This document shows positions 56,140 to 64,000 of a stretch of DNA of 64,000 nucleotides, in pieces; position 1 is the first letter of the stretch; the number at the start of each line of letters is the position of its first letter. This DNA comes from a virus, in IMG/VR virus record IMGVR_UViG_3300025732_000020, positions 71,408 to 135,407 of that record. One strand, written 5' to 3'. A program made the translations under genes and the position numbers. The notes below the pieces were generated by a model. That model did no database searches, was not told where the DNA came from, and saw only the letters and a list, made by a program, of their open reading frames with translations.

Positions 56140-57416
56140 TGTCTTTGCCCTCCTACGATTACACCACGACTCTCCTTGAAGATGTATTTGAGCCCATCCT
56201 CAATCCTTATTATCCGATTGTCGTTATTGATTTCAAGGTATATGCTCATGCCATTAATAAATATGCTGAGTTGGCTTCAGAAGTCGCTAAAGATGAGGAA
56301 GAGTTAAAAACGATCATGAAAGCGATGTGGGCTTATAAACTCAATCGCGGGCCTGATATGCTCAAATCTTTCCCTTTTGTTGGGGTAGTGGTTGATGATC
56401 TCAAGGGTCAGTTTGAACCCGGGTTTTCTGAGGCATCGACTACAGGCGTGGGATATTGGAGACATATTGAGGCACATAAACTTAACCTCGCTGAGTATAA
56501 AGGGGGAAGGGGCGAAAAAACTCCCTTCTTCTACATTACGGAGGCTGCGGGGTACGAGTACATACTCTCCCAAGGATCCACGTTCCCTTACTTTGCAAAA
56601 GAGTTCTTTGAGGCGGATGACATTGCAGGACATATTTGCAGACTAAAGCGAAAGGCAAAAAAGAATACTGCCTTAGCCCAAAGACAAATCATCCTCTCCA
56701 CTGTGGATGGGGACTGGCAAGGACTAGTCTCCGACCCTCATGATATTGTCTGGGCCAATACCGGCCCATGGCTTCCCCGCCTCCGCTCTGAACGCGAGGT
56801 ATGCGACTACTACCTCCGAAAAGACAAACTTATCATCGACTCCGCATATGGGTGCTATACCGTAAAGGAAAAAGTCGGTGATGCTGGAGATAACCTTCTC
56901 CCTGGAACCCCCCTACGATTTTTTGACTTATACAATGAAGATTCTGAATGGCGTTTTACAAAGGAAGACACCGAAGCAATATCAAAAACACTTAACTCCA
57001 ATACTGCTTCGAACAGGGAAGATCATTTACTTTCCGCGAAGAAGTTCCTCTCCTCTAGGGGTCTTTTTATGCCAGAGATTGGAGAAACTCAGTACGATGA
57101 AAAACAATTTTTCATTACTAAAGCCAAAAAGATCCGCATTGAAAACTCTCATCCAGAGCTCCGTGGGAAAAACAAAACTCTATGCCTTAGTGTCGCGGAT
57201 CAAGAGGAAGTTTTTAAAAAATGTAAGCAACTAGCTCTTCATCAAGAAGAACTGAAGCAACAGATCAAAGAGCATACCGAGCAGGTTGCTAAATGTAAAG
57301 AAGAGGAGGATAAGAAGTGTATCAAAGACCTCCGACTCACAATTAAATCCCTTAAGGACCTCCGAGATTCAGTTGTGAACGATTTTAAACAACTTGTTGG
57401 AGTCCTAGACGACTGA
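56139..57416 (+). CDS. 5'-3' exonuclease (FEN / T4 RNase H-like) with C-terminal coiled coil
   Basis: VVIDFK, EYKGGR, FEADDIAG, STVDGDWQGL, GDAGDNLLPG. Confidence 0.85.
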   Translation: MSLPSYDYTTTLLEDVFEPILNPYYPIVVIDFKVYAHAINKYAELASEVAKDEEELKTIMKAMWAYKLNRGPDMLKSFPFVGVVVDDLKGQFEPGFSEASTTGVGYWRHIEAHKLNLAEYKGGRGEKTPFFYITEAAGYEYILSQGSTFPYFAKEFFEADDIAGHICRLKRKAKKNTALAQRQIILSTVDGDWQGLVSDPHDIVWANTGPWLPRLRSEREVCDYYLRKDKLIIDSAYGCYTVKEKVGDAGDNLLPGTPLRFFDLYNEDSEWRFTKEDTEAISKTLNSNTASNREDHLLSAKKFLSSRGLFMPEIGETQYDEKQFFITKAKKIRIENSHPELRGKNKTLCLSVADQEEVFKKCKQLALHQEELKQQIKEHTEQVAKCKEEEDKKCIKDLRLTIKSLKDLRDSVVNDFKQLVGVLDD

Positions 57417-57434
57417 CCCAAACTATCCTATAAT

Positions 57435-57459
57435 AGTCCCAGAGACCTGGGACTTTTTT
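57435..57459 (+). terminator. Intrinsic terminator-like hairpin between exonuclease and helicase genes
   Basis: AGTCCCAG-agac-CTGGGACT followed by TTTTT. Confidence 0.75.
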
Positions 57460-57463
57460 CTTT

Positions 57464-59305
57464 ATGGCAGCAGAATCTAAAAAACAAGGACATTCTTCGG
57501 CAAAGGAGACTCTTGGGGTGAAAGGCCCCTCGAAGATGTACAAATCGATTCTCGCTTGGTTGGAGAACAAAGGCTATCATCTTCGTTTTGATTACAATGC
57601 TAAACTTCAAAGCTTCCACTCTCTCTACGAAGAACATGATCCTTCTATGGATCCTATGGCGCCGAAAAGTATCCGGTATCCCAAGTGGTTCCAGTTTCTG
57701 GTACCAGCTTCTGAATACCGCCTTGAAGCCGCCCAAGACTTGATTCTTGATGAGACATGTATCGAAGAGATCGGCGCAGAAGAGCAGGAGTTTGCTGTGC
57801 CTCTCTTTGTCTATCGCAGTGGACGGAGTAGTGAGATTACTGACCATGTCCTTGGTCTAGAAAACCTCAAGGCTCTCCGTCACAAAAAGATGGGAGGTGG
57901 ACAGTATAAACTGGGTATTTCTCACTCTCCCAACAAGAACAAAGGTAATAAAAAAGCTATTGAAGAGACCTATGCCTATATCCCTGAGAAAGATTGGTTT
58001 ACCGAAGAACTTCAAGAACTGACCTTTGAAGATATCGTAAAGATCTTTCCCTATCACGAGGCTCAAATGATCAAGTTGATCATTGGCAGGGCATGTGTAG
58101 GCCGGAGCGGATCTGTCCATCCTGGTACTGGAGATATCATCGAGCATGGGTTCAGGAAGGCAGGAGTTGTGATTGGTGAACCTGGAGTTGGCAAGACCAT
58201 CACCCTCAATGGTATCCTCAACGCCATGAAGTATGTCGGGTATGACGTCTCTGCCATGGGAGACTTTGGTTCCCGTTTCAACCAAGGCTCCGTAATTACT
58301 TCCCACCTTGCCTATAACGACGACCTTACTTTGGAGTCCTTGGAGAAGATGCTCAAGGCCCATAGCTTTAAGTCTGTTGTGACTGGAGGGACGGAAAAGA
58401 TCGAGAATAAGGGTGTCGATGCTGTTGAGGTAGTTGCCAATACTGTCATCTTGGCAAACTGTAATGAATGGAAGCCAGAGATCACTTATTCTCTTGACTC
58501 TGGAGCGATTAGCCGCCTTGCTCCTATCTCCACCTATCGCCTCTTCGAGCTTGAGGAGATGAGTCAAGAGGAAGGCCATGACATCCACCCCGGCTCTCAT
58601 ATTAAGTGGTTGTGCGAGAAGTACGATACTGATCCGATGTCACTCTACCTCCGAGTTCTTCGTGACTGTACCGACTTTTTCTTGGGTAAGTGCCAAGATG
58701 CAGAGGATGTCCATTTCTACTCTGAATCTCTGCTTCCCTATATGCGGATTCAAATCCACAAAAACTCCCTTGAATGTTTCATCCGTTTCGGATTCTTGGC
58801 CTATGCCATCCGTCAACGTAAAGCCGAGGGCAATTGGCTCCCTGAGTTGACTCTTGGGTCCTTGGCAGAGATCCTTGAAGCTACCCGCTTCTTGATGATT
58901 GATAAGAGAGCCGATAAGTTCCGCAATCTACTCAAGGATGACTGGAATGATCGCCATCGGAGTCAATGGCACCCCTACTGGGCACAACGGAAGCTCCTCA
59001 TTACGTCTATTGACAAAGCCTACGAGATTTTCAATAACTACCGTAATGATAAGGATGTTGCTCTGACCACCGAGAATGTATTTGATGTTCTCCGCCTCCG
59101 TGATGGTTTCTCTATGGGTAAGAAGATGACGCATATTGTCCGTACTTGGGAAATGGTCAAGGGCGAGAAGAATAAGATCTATGAACTGGGTAAGAAGATC
59201 GTAGAGCAAATGAACGAAGAAGAACTAGAACCTATCTACAATGACCGGAACAAAGCAAACGTGGAGTGGATCTACAGTCCCGATTACGACCCTCAGAAAG
59301 TGTGA
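57464..59305 (+). CDS. SF3 / D5-like P-loop helicase
   Basis: VVIGEPGVGKT (Walker A), LAYNDD (Walker B), ILANCN (motif C-like), IENKGVDA; adjacent to the primase gene. Confidence 0.75.
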   Translation: MAAESKKQGHSSAKETLGVKGPSKMYKSILAWLENKGYHLRFDYNAKLQSFHSLYEEHDPSMDPMAPKSIRYPKWFQFLVPASEYRLEAAQDLILDETCIEEIGAEEQEFAVPLFVYRSGRSSEITDHVLGLENLKALRHKKMGGGQYKLGISHSPNKNKGNKKAIEETYAYIPEKDWFTEELQELTFEDIVKIFPYHEAQMIKLIIGRACVGRSGSVHPGTGDIIEHGFRKAGVVIGEPGVGKTITLNGILNAMKYVGYDVSAMGDFGSRFNQGSVITSHLAYNDDLTLESLEKMLKAHSFKSVVTGGTEKIENKGVDAVEVVANTVILANCNEWKPEITYSLDSGAISRLAPISTYRLFELEEMSQEEGHDIHPGSHIKWLCEKYDTDPMSLYLRVLRDCTDFFLGKCQDAEDVHFYSESLLPYMRIQIHKNSLECFIRFGFLAYAIRQRKAEGNWLPELTLGSLAEILEATRFLMIDKRADKFRNLLKDDWNDRHRSQWHPYWAQRKLLITSIDKAYEIFNNYRNDKDVALTTENVFDVLRLRDGFSMGKKMTHIVRTWEMVKGEKNKIYELGKKIVEQMNEEELEPIYNDRNKANVEWIYSPDYDPQKV

Positions 59306-59372
59306 GGGGGCTATTTGTGACAATATGTTAAGAGGGGCTAAATTTTTCTCTGTTCTTTGATAGAATTCTTCC

Positions 59373-60362
59373 ATGACTAAAATCTCCGCTTCCGTGTCCC
59401 TTGACGATGAGCAGTGGGACCACAAACCATCTCCGAAACTCCAGTATGGCTCCGAGGTAGATAAATTCGGTAATCCTAAGACCGAAGTAAGAGTCATTGG
59501 AGCCCGCCTCGGTTCTAACATTGAAGATGTGACTCCGAAGTCTCTGGCTCGATTCATCTCCCGTGGGCAAACCTGGAGTCCCTTTGTGTTTAACATCTGT
59601 CCTAATTGGAAACGGCCGAGAAGGGTTGAGGGTCTCTTCAAGTCGTGCCAAGTGTTTGCTATCGACTTCGACAATGGTGAATCCACCGAGGAGATCCAAC
59701 TCCGAGCTGCCGAACTTGGTCTAAAGTTTTCTATAATCCATCATAGCTTCAGCTCCACTCCCGAGCATCCAAAACACAGAGGGATTATCTTCACGGATAG
59801 GGAGGTAAGTGATTTTGAAACAGCCAAAAAAATCTCTACAGGGTTGGCCTACGCCTTCGATGGCGATAAACAATGTATTGATGTTGCTCGGTTATATTTT
59901 GGCTCAACTCCAAATAGTATTATTTCTGTTGAGGCTGAATATGTTGCATCGATTGGAGATCTGGAGAAGATCGCTCAAGAAGTTAATGCAGACCAATACC
60001 TAACCAAGTCTGAGAGAAATGTCGCCAAACCCGAAGGATCGGAGTGGGGAGATTCCAAACTCCAGCGTAAGATTCTTGGTGGATTGACTGCCGCCAAGAG
60101 GTCTTATGTCAAGAAGAAAGTCCTCGGAATCCTCAAAGACGTAGAGACATTTAATGGGAAGAAAGGGTCTCGATATGAATGTGTATGGAGGAATGCCTCG
60201 AGGTTGGCAAGGATGCCGGAGGTAGTAGGAAGCGCAGCATATCAATGGATGCTTGAGAGCATTGAGAAGAATCCTCATTTTGCCGATTGGGATTGGGATG
60301 CTAGTAATGTTGTTCTCAGCGCCATTCAATGGAGTTCGGATCATGCCGATGAGCCTGTATAG
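59373..60362 (+). CDS. Archaeo-eukaryotic primase (PrimPol/RepB-like) domain protein
   Basis: FAIDFDNG (DxD), HHSFSS...HPKHRG, DKQCIDVARLYFG; TGATAGAAT at 59358-59366. Confidence 0.75.
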   Translation: MTKISASVSLDDEQWDHKPSPKLQYGSEVDKFGNPKTEVRVIGARLGSNIEDVTPKSLARFISRGQTWSPFVFNICPNWKRPRRVEGLFKSCQVFAIDFDNGESTEEIQLRAAELGLKFSIIHHSFSSTPEHPKHRGIIFTDREVSDFETAKKISTGLAYAFDGDKQCIDVARLYFGSTPNSIISVEAEYVASIGDLEKIAQEVNADQYLTKSERNVAKPEGSEWGDSKLQRKILGGLTAAKRSYVKKKVLGILKDVETFNGKKGSRYECVWRNASRLARMPEVVGSAAYQWMLESIEKNPHFADWDWDASNVVLSAIQWSSDHADEPV

Positions 60363-60390
60363 ATTAAAGTTATCTATATAGAGTAGTAAT

Positions 60391-60969
60391 ATGGCGTATA
60401 ATGATCCTAAATTAGATGCCTGGGGCCCAGAAACAACTGTGCAAACTATTTCTTTTGGCTCTAAACCCAAAAGAAGTATAGAACCAGTCAGGACAAATTT
60501 AACAAATGGTCAACTTTGGGGGATCGATCCGGTTCCCACTCAGGCAGTTGGAGGTTATGAACCACTATGGGACTCAGATGAGAGTGATTATAATGCACCA
60601 TTGAGACCAGAACCACTGTGGGATTCTGGAGAAGGAAACGCACCGCTAAGAACCGAAGCTCTTTGGGAATCAGATGAGACAGACGCGGACGCTCCATTAC
60701 GTGATGAACCACTATGGGATTCTGGAGGAAGCGCTTGGAGACCAGTTAATGATATGACAAGTAGCGGTACTGGAGATAAACTAGATAGTTGGGGATCAGA
60801 GTTTAATGACGTCCCGCAGAGTGAGTTTGGAGTAGACTCAAATATTGACGGATCTGGACTTCAAGGAACTTCAGCACTGTCAACCGGCCAAGGATCCTCA
60901 CCTAATACAACTGTCTCATCCCCACCAACTCCACCTTCCACCCGCCCTTACATCTGGAAATATCAATAG
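60391..60969 (+). CDS. Acidic low-complexity protein with four tandem EPLW(D/E)S...APLR repeats
   Basis: Repeats at 60559-60744; GATTAAAG at 60362-60369. Confidence 0.6.
   Translation: MAYNDPKLDAWGPETTVQTISFGSKPKRSIEPVRTNLTNGQLWGIDPVPTQAVGGYEPLWDSDESDYNAPLRPEPLWDSGEGNAPLRTEALWESDETDADAPLRDEPLWDSGGSAWRPVNDMTSSGTGDKLDSWGSEFNDVPQSEFGVDSNIDGSGLQGTSALSTGQGSSPNTTVSSPPTPPSTRPYIWKYQ
60559..60744 (+). repeat. In-frame degenerate tandem repeats (45-51 nt, four copies)
   Basis: EPLWDSDESDYNAPLRP / EPLWDSGEGNAPLRT / EALWESDETDADAPLRD / EPLWDSGGSAWRP. Confidence 0.85.
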
Positions 60970-61015
60970 TAACCTGAAGGTTTAAAGAAAATATAGATAT
61001 AGCAATAACTCCCCC

Positions 61016-62920
61016 ATGCCTGGCCGCGAGGATTTAATAAAACAAAATATTGCTAAGGCAAGTGTCCGCGCGAATGTAGAAAATGCGGGGGAGCAGGGAA
61101 AAACTGCTGGGGAAAAGCCAACCTACTCCTCCCATCGTAGTCTTCTCGGGGGTAATCTCGATGTCGCCTCGGCTCTTGATAGCATTGAGTTTGCAGTAAA
61201 AGGCCCATTAGGCGATGGTGCTCTACGTAACTCCGTTGCATACATCCGGTATTGGTCCAGGCCTGGGAGTAAAACAACTGCAGAGTCAGCATCACAAACT
61301 GTCGATGCCACCCAACTCGATCCAGCTGCTGATTCCCAAGTACAATTACAACAAAAACTAAGAGAAAGTTACTTATTACCCAAGACTTTTGTAAATAGTC
61401 CAGCAGCTGACTATCTTGCAGATACATATAAGTATAGAGATGTAAGAGCAAATGATCGTGTAGCAGATGACTTCTTTAGTTTTTATTCATCTGGAAAGGG
61501 GGGAGCGGAGGTAGGTGTACAAGGAGATACCGCTGGGGATTTACCTTTGAGCAATGTTACCCTCTCCACAGATCTTACCAAACAGAAAAGTAGACAGGAT
61601 GATTTGTTAACTGAAGTTCCTAGGGTCGATGGAAGCAAGTACCTCGATGAGGTATTTAAACCTGGGTTGTCTGTGGCTGGGTTTGATCAAAAGTACAATG
61701 TAGATTTCACTGCTTATAAACTCCCTGGAGTGGGTCAACTCAAACCCGCAAATCCTAACGGATTTGTAAACACCATCTCAAAAATAGGAAAAAGTTCTTT
61801 CGGTAACAAACCAGATCAAATTGGCTACCAAGGCGCCGCTGGAGCAGCAAATGGAGACAAGGCAGCTCTGGCAAAGAGCGGTACTCTTGCCAAAGGCATG
61901 TGGCAGTTCCTCTTCAATCCATCTGAGTTGGAGATAACAGCGGGTCCAGAGTTCAAAGCTGCAGAGACCTGGGGAGTGAGTGACAAAGGAAACTCCGGTC
62001 AGCCACTCAACTGGAGTCATAATAAAAACGCCGAGTTGAAGTTCAACTCAGTACTTCTCAATGGGTATGTATTTGGCCGGAAGGTGGAGGAGTTGGAGCA
62101 GGGTATATTTGAACTCTTCATGGCAAGAGATGGTGAGGGCCAGGCAGGTCCTCCTATCCTTGAGTTTGTATGGGGGAAGAGGGTGTTTGGCCCATGTGTG
62201 ATTAAGGACATCTCTATTAAAGAGAAGATGTGGGATGAGGGGATGGTAGTCAATGCCGAGTTGTCCTTTACCCTTGAGCAGATTCCCGAGTGGACAATTA
62301 ATGATGGGTATGTAGATGTTGCCAGACCGGGCAAGATTCCCATGGTCTATGATCCCACTGAGGACAACAATGGAAATGTTGGGGCAGGAAGTACTGCTCC
62401 CCCCACAGGATCTCCTGAAGATAAAGCACCTGATCAAAAATCACAAAACCCTCAGTCTCAAACACCAACTCAGGTTGATTTTAAAAAATGTAGAAATATT
62501 CAATCTGATGCGGATGCTGCTATGGAAGTAAGCAAATCAATCAGATCTTCTATAGTAGGAAACACAAGTGCATTAATTTTTGGGACGGGTTTCGCTCAAT
62601 CTTTTCAAACCGGTCTCGCTAAATATACTTCACTTTTAACAAAATATAAAAATAGCCCAGTTTATAAATCATTTTTCGCAAAATATATAGTTGGAAAATG
62701 TCTTACTCCAACTGGAAATGTTTACGGAATATCAGCGGATCATGCTAAAGAATATAAATTAGCAAATACTCCACAAAAAAAGACTGAAGTGGATAATAAA
62801 TATAAGTCTATTTTATCTAAGTGCGCAGGGGGAGTAGGAGAGGTCATTAAAAGGGCATATACTGAAGGTGGTTGTAATAGATTCCAATCAAATCCGTCTA
62901 GCACTATAGAGAGATTATAA
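61016..62920 (+). CDS. Tail tube initiator / CIS_tube (P2 gpU-like) domain protein
   Basis: WQFLFNPSEL...GPPILEFVWGKRVFGPCVIKDISI...NAELSFTLEQ; lies just before the probable tape measure gene; GTTTAAAG at 60980-60987. Confidence 0.65.
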   Translation: MPGREDLIKQNIAKASVRANVENAGEQGKTAGEKPTYSSHRSLLGGNLDVASALDSIEFAVKGPLGDGALRNSVAYIRYWSRPGSKTTAESASQTVDATQLDPAADSQVQLQQKLRESYLLPKTFVNSPAADYLADTYKYRDVRANDRVADDFFSFYSSGKGGAEVGVQGDTAGDLPLSNVTLSTDLTKQKSRQDDLLTEVPRVDGSKYLDEVFKPGLSVAGFDQKYNVDFTAYKLPGVGQLKPANPNGFVNTISKIGKSSFGNKPDQIGYQGAAGAANGDKAALAKSGTLAKGMWQFLFNPSELEITAGPEFKAAETWGVSDKGNSGQPLNWSHNKNAELKFNSVLLNGYVFGRKVEELEQGIFELFMARDGEGQAGPPILEFVWGKRVFGPCVIKDISIKEKMWDEGMVVNAELSFTLEQIPEWTINDGYVDVARPGKIPMVYDPTEDNNGNVGAGSTAPPTGSPEDKAPDQKSQNPQSQTPTQVDFKKCRNIQSDADAAMEVSKSIRSSIVGNTSALIFGTGFAQSFQTGLAKYTSLLTKYKNSPVYKSFFAKYIVGKCLTPTGNVYGISADHAKEYKLANTPQKKTEVDNKYKSILSKCAGGVGEVIKRAYTEGGCNRFQSNPSSTIERL

Positions 62921-62926
62921 TAACCA

Positions 62927-64000
62927 ATGGCAACTTCATCAGTAATCCTAGACATACGGGCGAATACTCAACGAGCTCTTAGTGAGTTCAAGACATTCTC
63001 CTCCCAACTTGATAACAAATTCCTCGTATCGGGACTCAAACTCGATGTAGTTCGTAATGCTCTGTCCCAGATCAACAGGGAGTTTCAGAGAAGCATGGGG
63101 GAACAGGGGCTAGCCTCCGCCCAGTCCCTCAAGGCTGCCGAAAACCAGGCTGCTCAACTCACTAACATCTATACCGGATTCTCCAAAGCAGCCTCAGCAA
63201 GAATCACAGAGGACTTCTCCAAGGCGCTCAGTGATGTTGCTGTTAAAACTGGGGGCACAGTATCTGATATCCAGAAGTCCCTCGCAACTGCCCCGTTCCT
63301 CTCACGAGACTTATCATTTGGGCAAAGAGGGGCGATTTTAGGAGATATCCAGCGTATCCAGACATTCGCGTCCCAAGCAGGATTGGGAAATAATGCCGCG
63401 GATATTTTTAAGAAGATCGCGACGGGTCAGACCAATGCGATGGAGTTGGAGGAGTCTGATGACGCGCTTTCAAAAGTAATTGGTGCTCAACTACGTAATA
63501 TCAGTGGTGGTACTGACCTTGGCAGTATATCAATAAAAGATAGGACAAGAATTCTCCAAGATGTAATCAAGAATTTAAATGTTAATGAACTTGAGGAACT
63601 AGCAAAAGAGTCCGGTGGATTTAGAGTAGTTCTTGCGAAGTTCTCTGCATCTCTCTTCAATCCGAAGGTTGGTCTTTTTGGAGCGATGCGTGAGTTCACT
63701 CTGAAGACGGGTGAGGCTCCAACAACTCTGTTCAAAGAAACCACAAAACTATTTGAGAGTATTTTTGGCGAGAGCGGATTCATCAAGACCCTGGGCAGAG
63801 AACTGGCCAAGGCTTTCGGAGTCAGAGGGGAAGACGCAGCAGTTAAGTTTCTCGGCAGGGGAATTAGGTTCATCACCAACCTAATAAAAAATGTTACTGA
63901 TCTTATCGATGATGTACTCAACAACCCTTTAGTTAAGGGTATCATTGGAATAGTTAAATCAGCATTTGATGGTATAGTTGGTTTTATCCGAAACTTAGAC
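62927..64000 (+). CDS. Probable tape measure protein, 3'-truncated (absent from the ORF track)
   Basis: ATG at 62927, open to the window end (358 codons); MATSSVILDIRANTQRALSEFK; amphipathic A/G/L/K-rich helices; follows the tube-initiator-like gene. Confidence 0.65.
   Translation, partial: MATSSVILDIRANTQRALSEFKTFSSQLDNKFLVSGLKLDVVRNALSQINREFQRSMGEQGLASAQSLKAAENQAAQLTNIYTGFSKAASARITEDFSKALSDVAVKTGGTVSDIQKSLATAPFLSRDLSFGQRGAILGDIQRIQTFASQAGLGNNAADIFKKIATGQTNAMELEESDDALSKVIGAQLRNISGGTDLGSISIKDRTRILQDVIKNLNVNELEELAKESGGFRVVLAKFSASLFNPKVGLFGAMREFTLKTGEAPTTLFKETTKLFESIFGESGFIKTLGRELAKAFGVRGEDAAVKFLGRGIRFITNLIKNVTDLIDDVLNNPLVKGIIGIVKSAFDGIVGFIRNLD

Noticed and set aside
60559-60744. CRISPR array or DGR template/variable repeat
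   Set aside because: The repeats are in-frame, degenerate at synonymous positions and lack unique spacers; no cas or reverse transcriptase gene is seen
1618-63945. Numerous 60-250 aa ORFs antisense to or nested in long genes (e.g. 44339-44800, 48782-49333, 57857-58600, 63487-63945)
   Set aside because: They are shadows of the coding strand, most frequent where C/T-ending codons suppress antisense stops; they show no recognisable motifs or own promoters
1-64000. tRNA/rRNA genes and stop-codon reassignment
   Set aside because: I found no cloverleaf or T-loop signature in the short intergenic gaps; genes are full length in code 11 with TAA, TAG and TGA all used as stops

Overview
A 64 kb, densely coded segment of a large contractile-tailed dsDNA phage, most likely a cyanophage. 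Host cues are a Mo-nitro_C-type small protein, a SigF-like sigma factor, phoH and cyanomyovirus-type fibre motifs. It is not built on the T4 core: it has a sigma70-family sigma factor, an AEP primase with an SF3-like helicase, and P2/Mu-type baseplate genes. Content: giant virion/fibre proteins (1-17.4 kb, 36-44 kb); phoH; a dNMP kinase; a multi-enzyme baseplate hub lysin; a sigma factor; thioredoxin; TerL; an inverted baseplate block; nrdB and an nrdA carrying an internal glutaredoxin; about six HNH/GIY-YIG nucleases; a 5'-3' exonuclease, helicase and primase; a tube-initiator-like gene; and the start of a probable tape measure gene. The most notable signal is a candidate cytosine-replacement pathway. 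A thymidylate-synthase-fold gene carries Asp at the Asn177-equivalent specificity position (RSNDMATGVPLD), as dCMP-modifying enzymes do. It co-occurs with a T4 gp56-like dCTPase, a dNMP kinase and a divergent C5-cytosine methyltransferase. Two intergenic promoter-like motifs also partition the genes: TGATA(G/T/A)AAT before replication/nucleotide genes and (G)TTTAAAG mostly before virion and unknown genes. All family assignments come from motif recognition by eye; no database searches were run.
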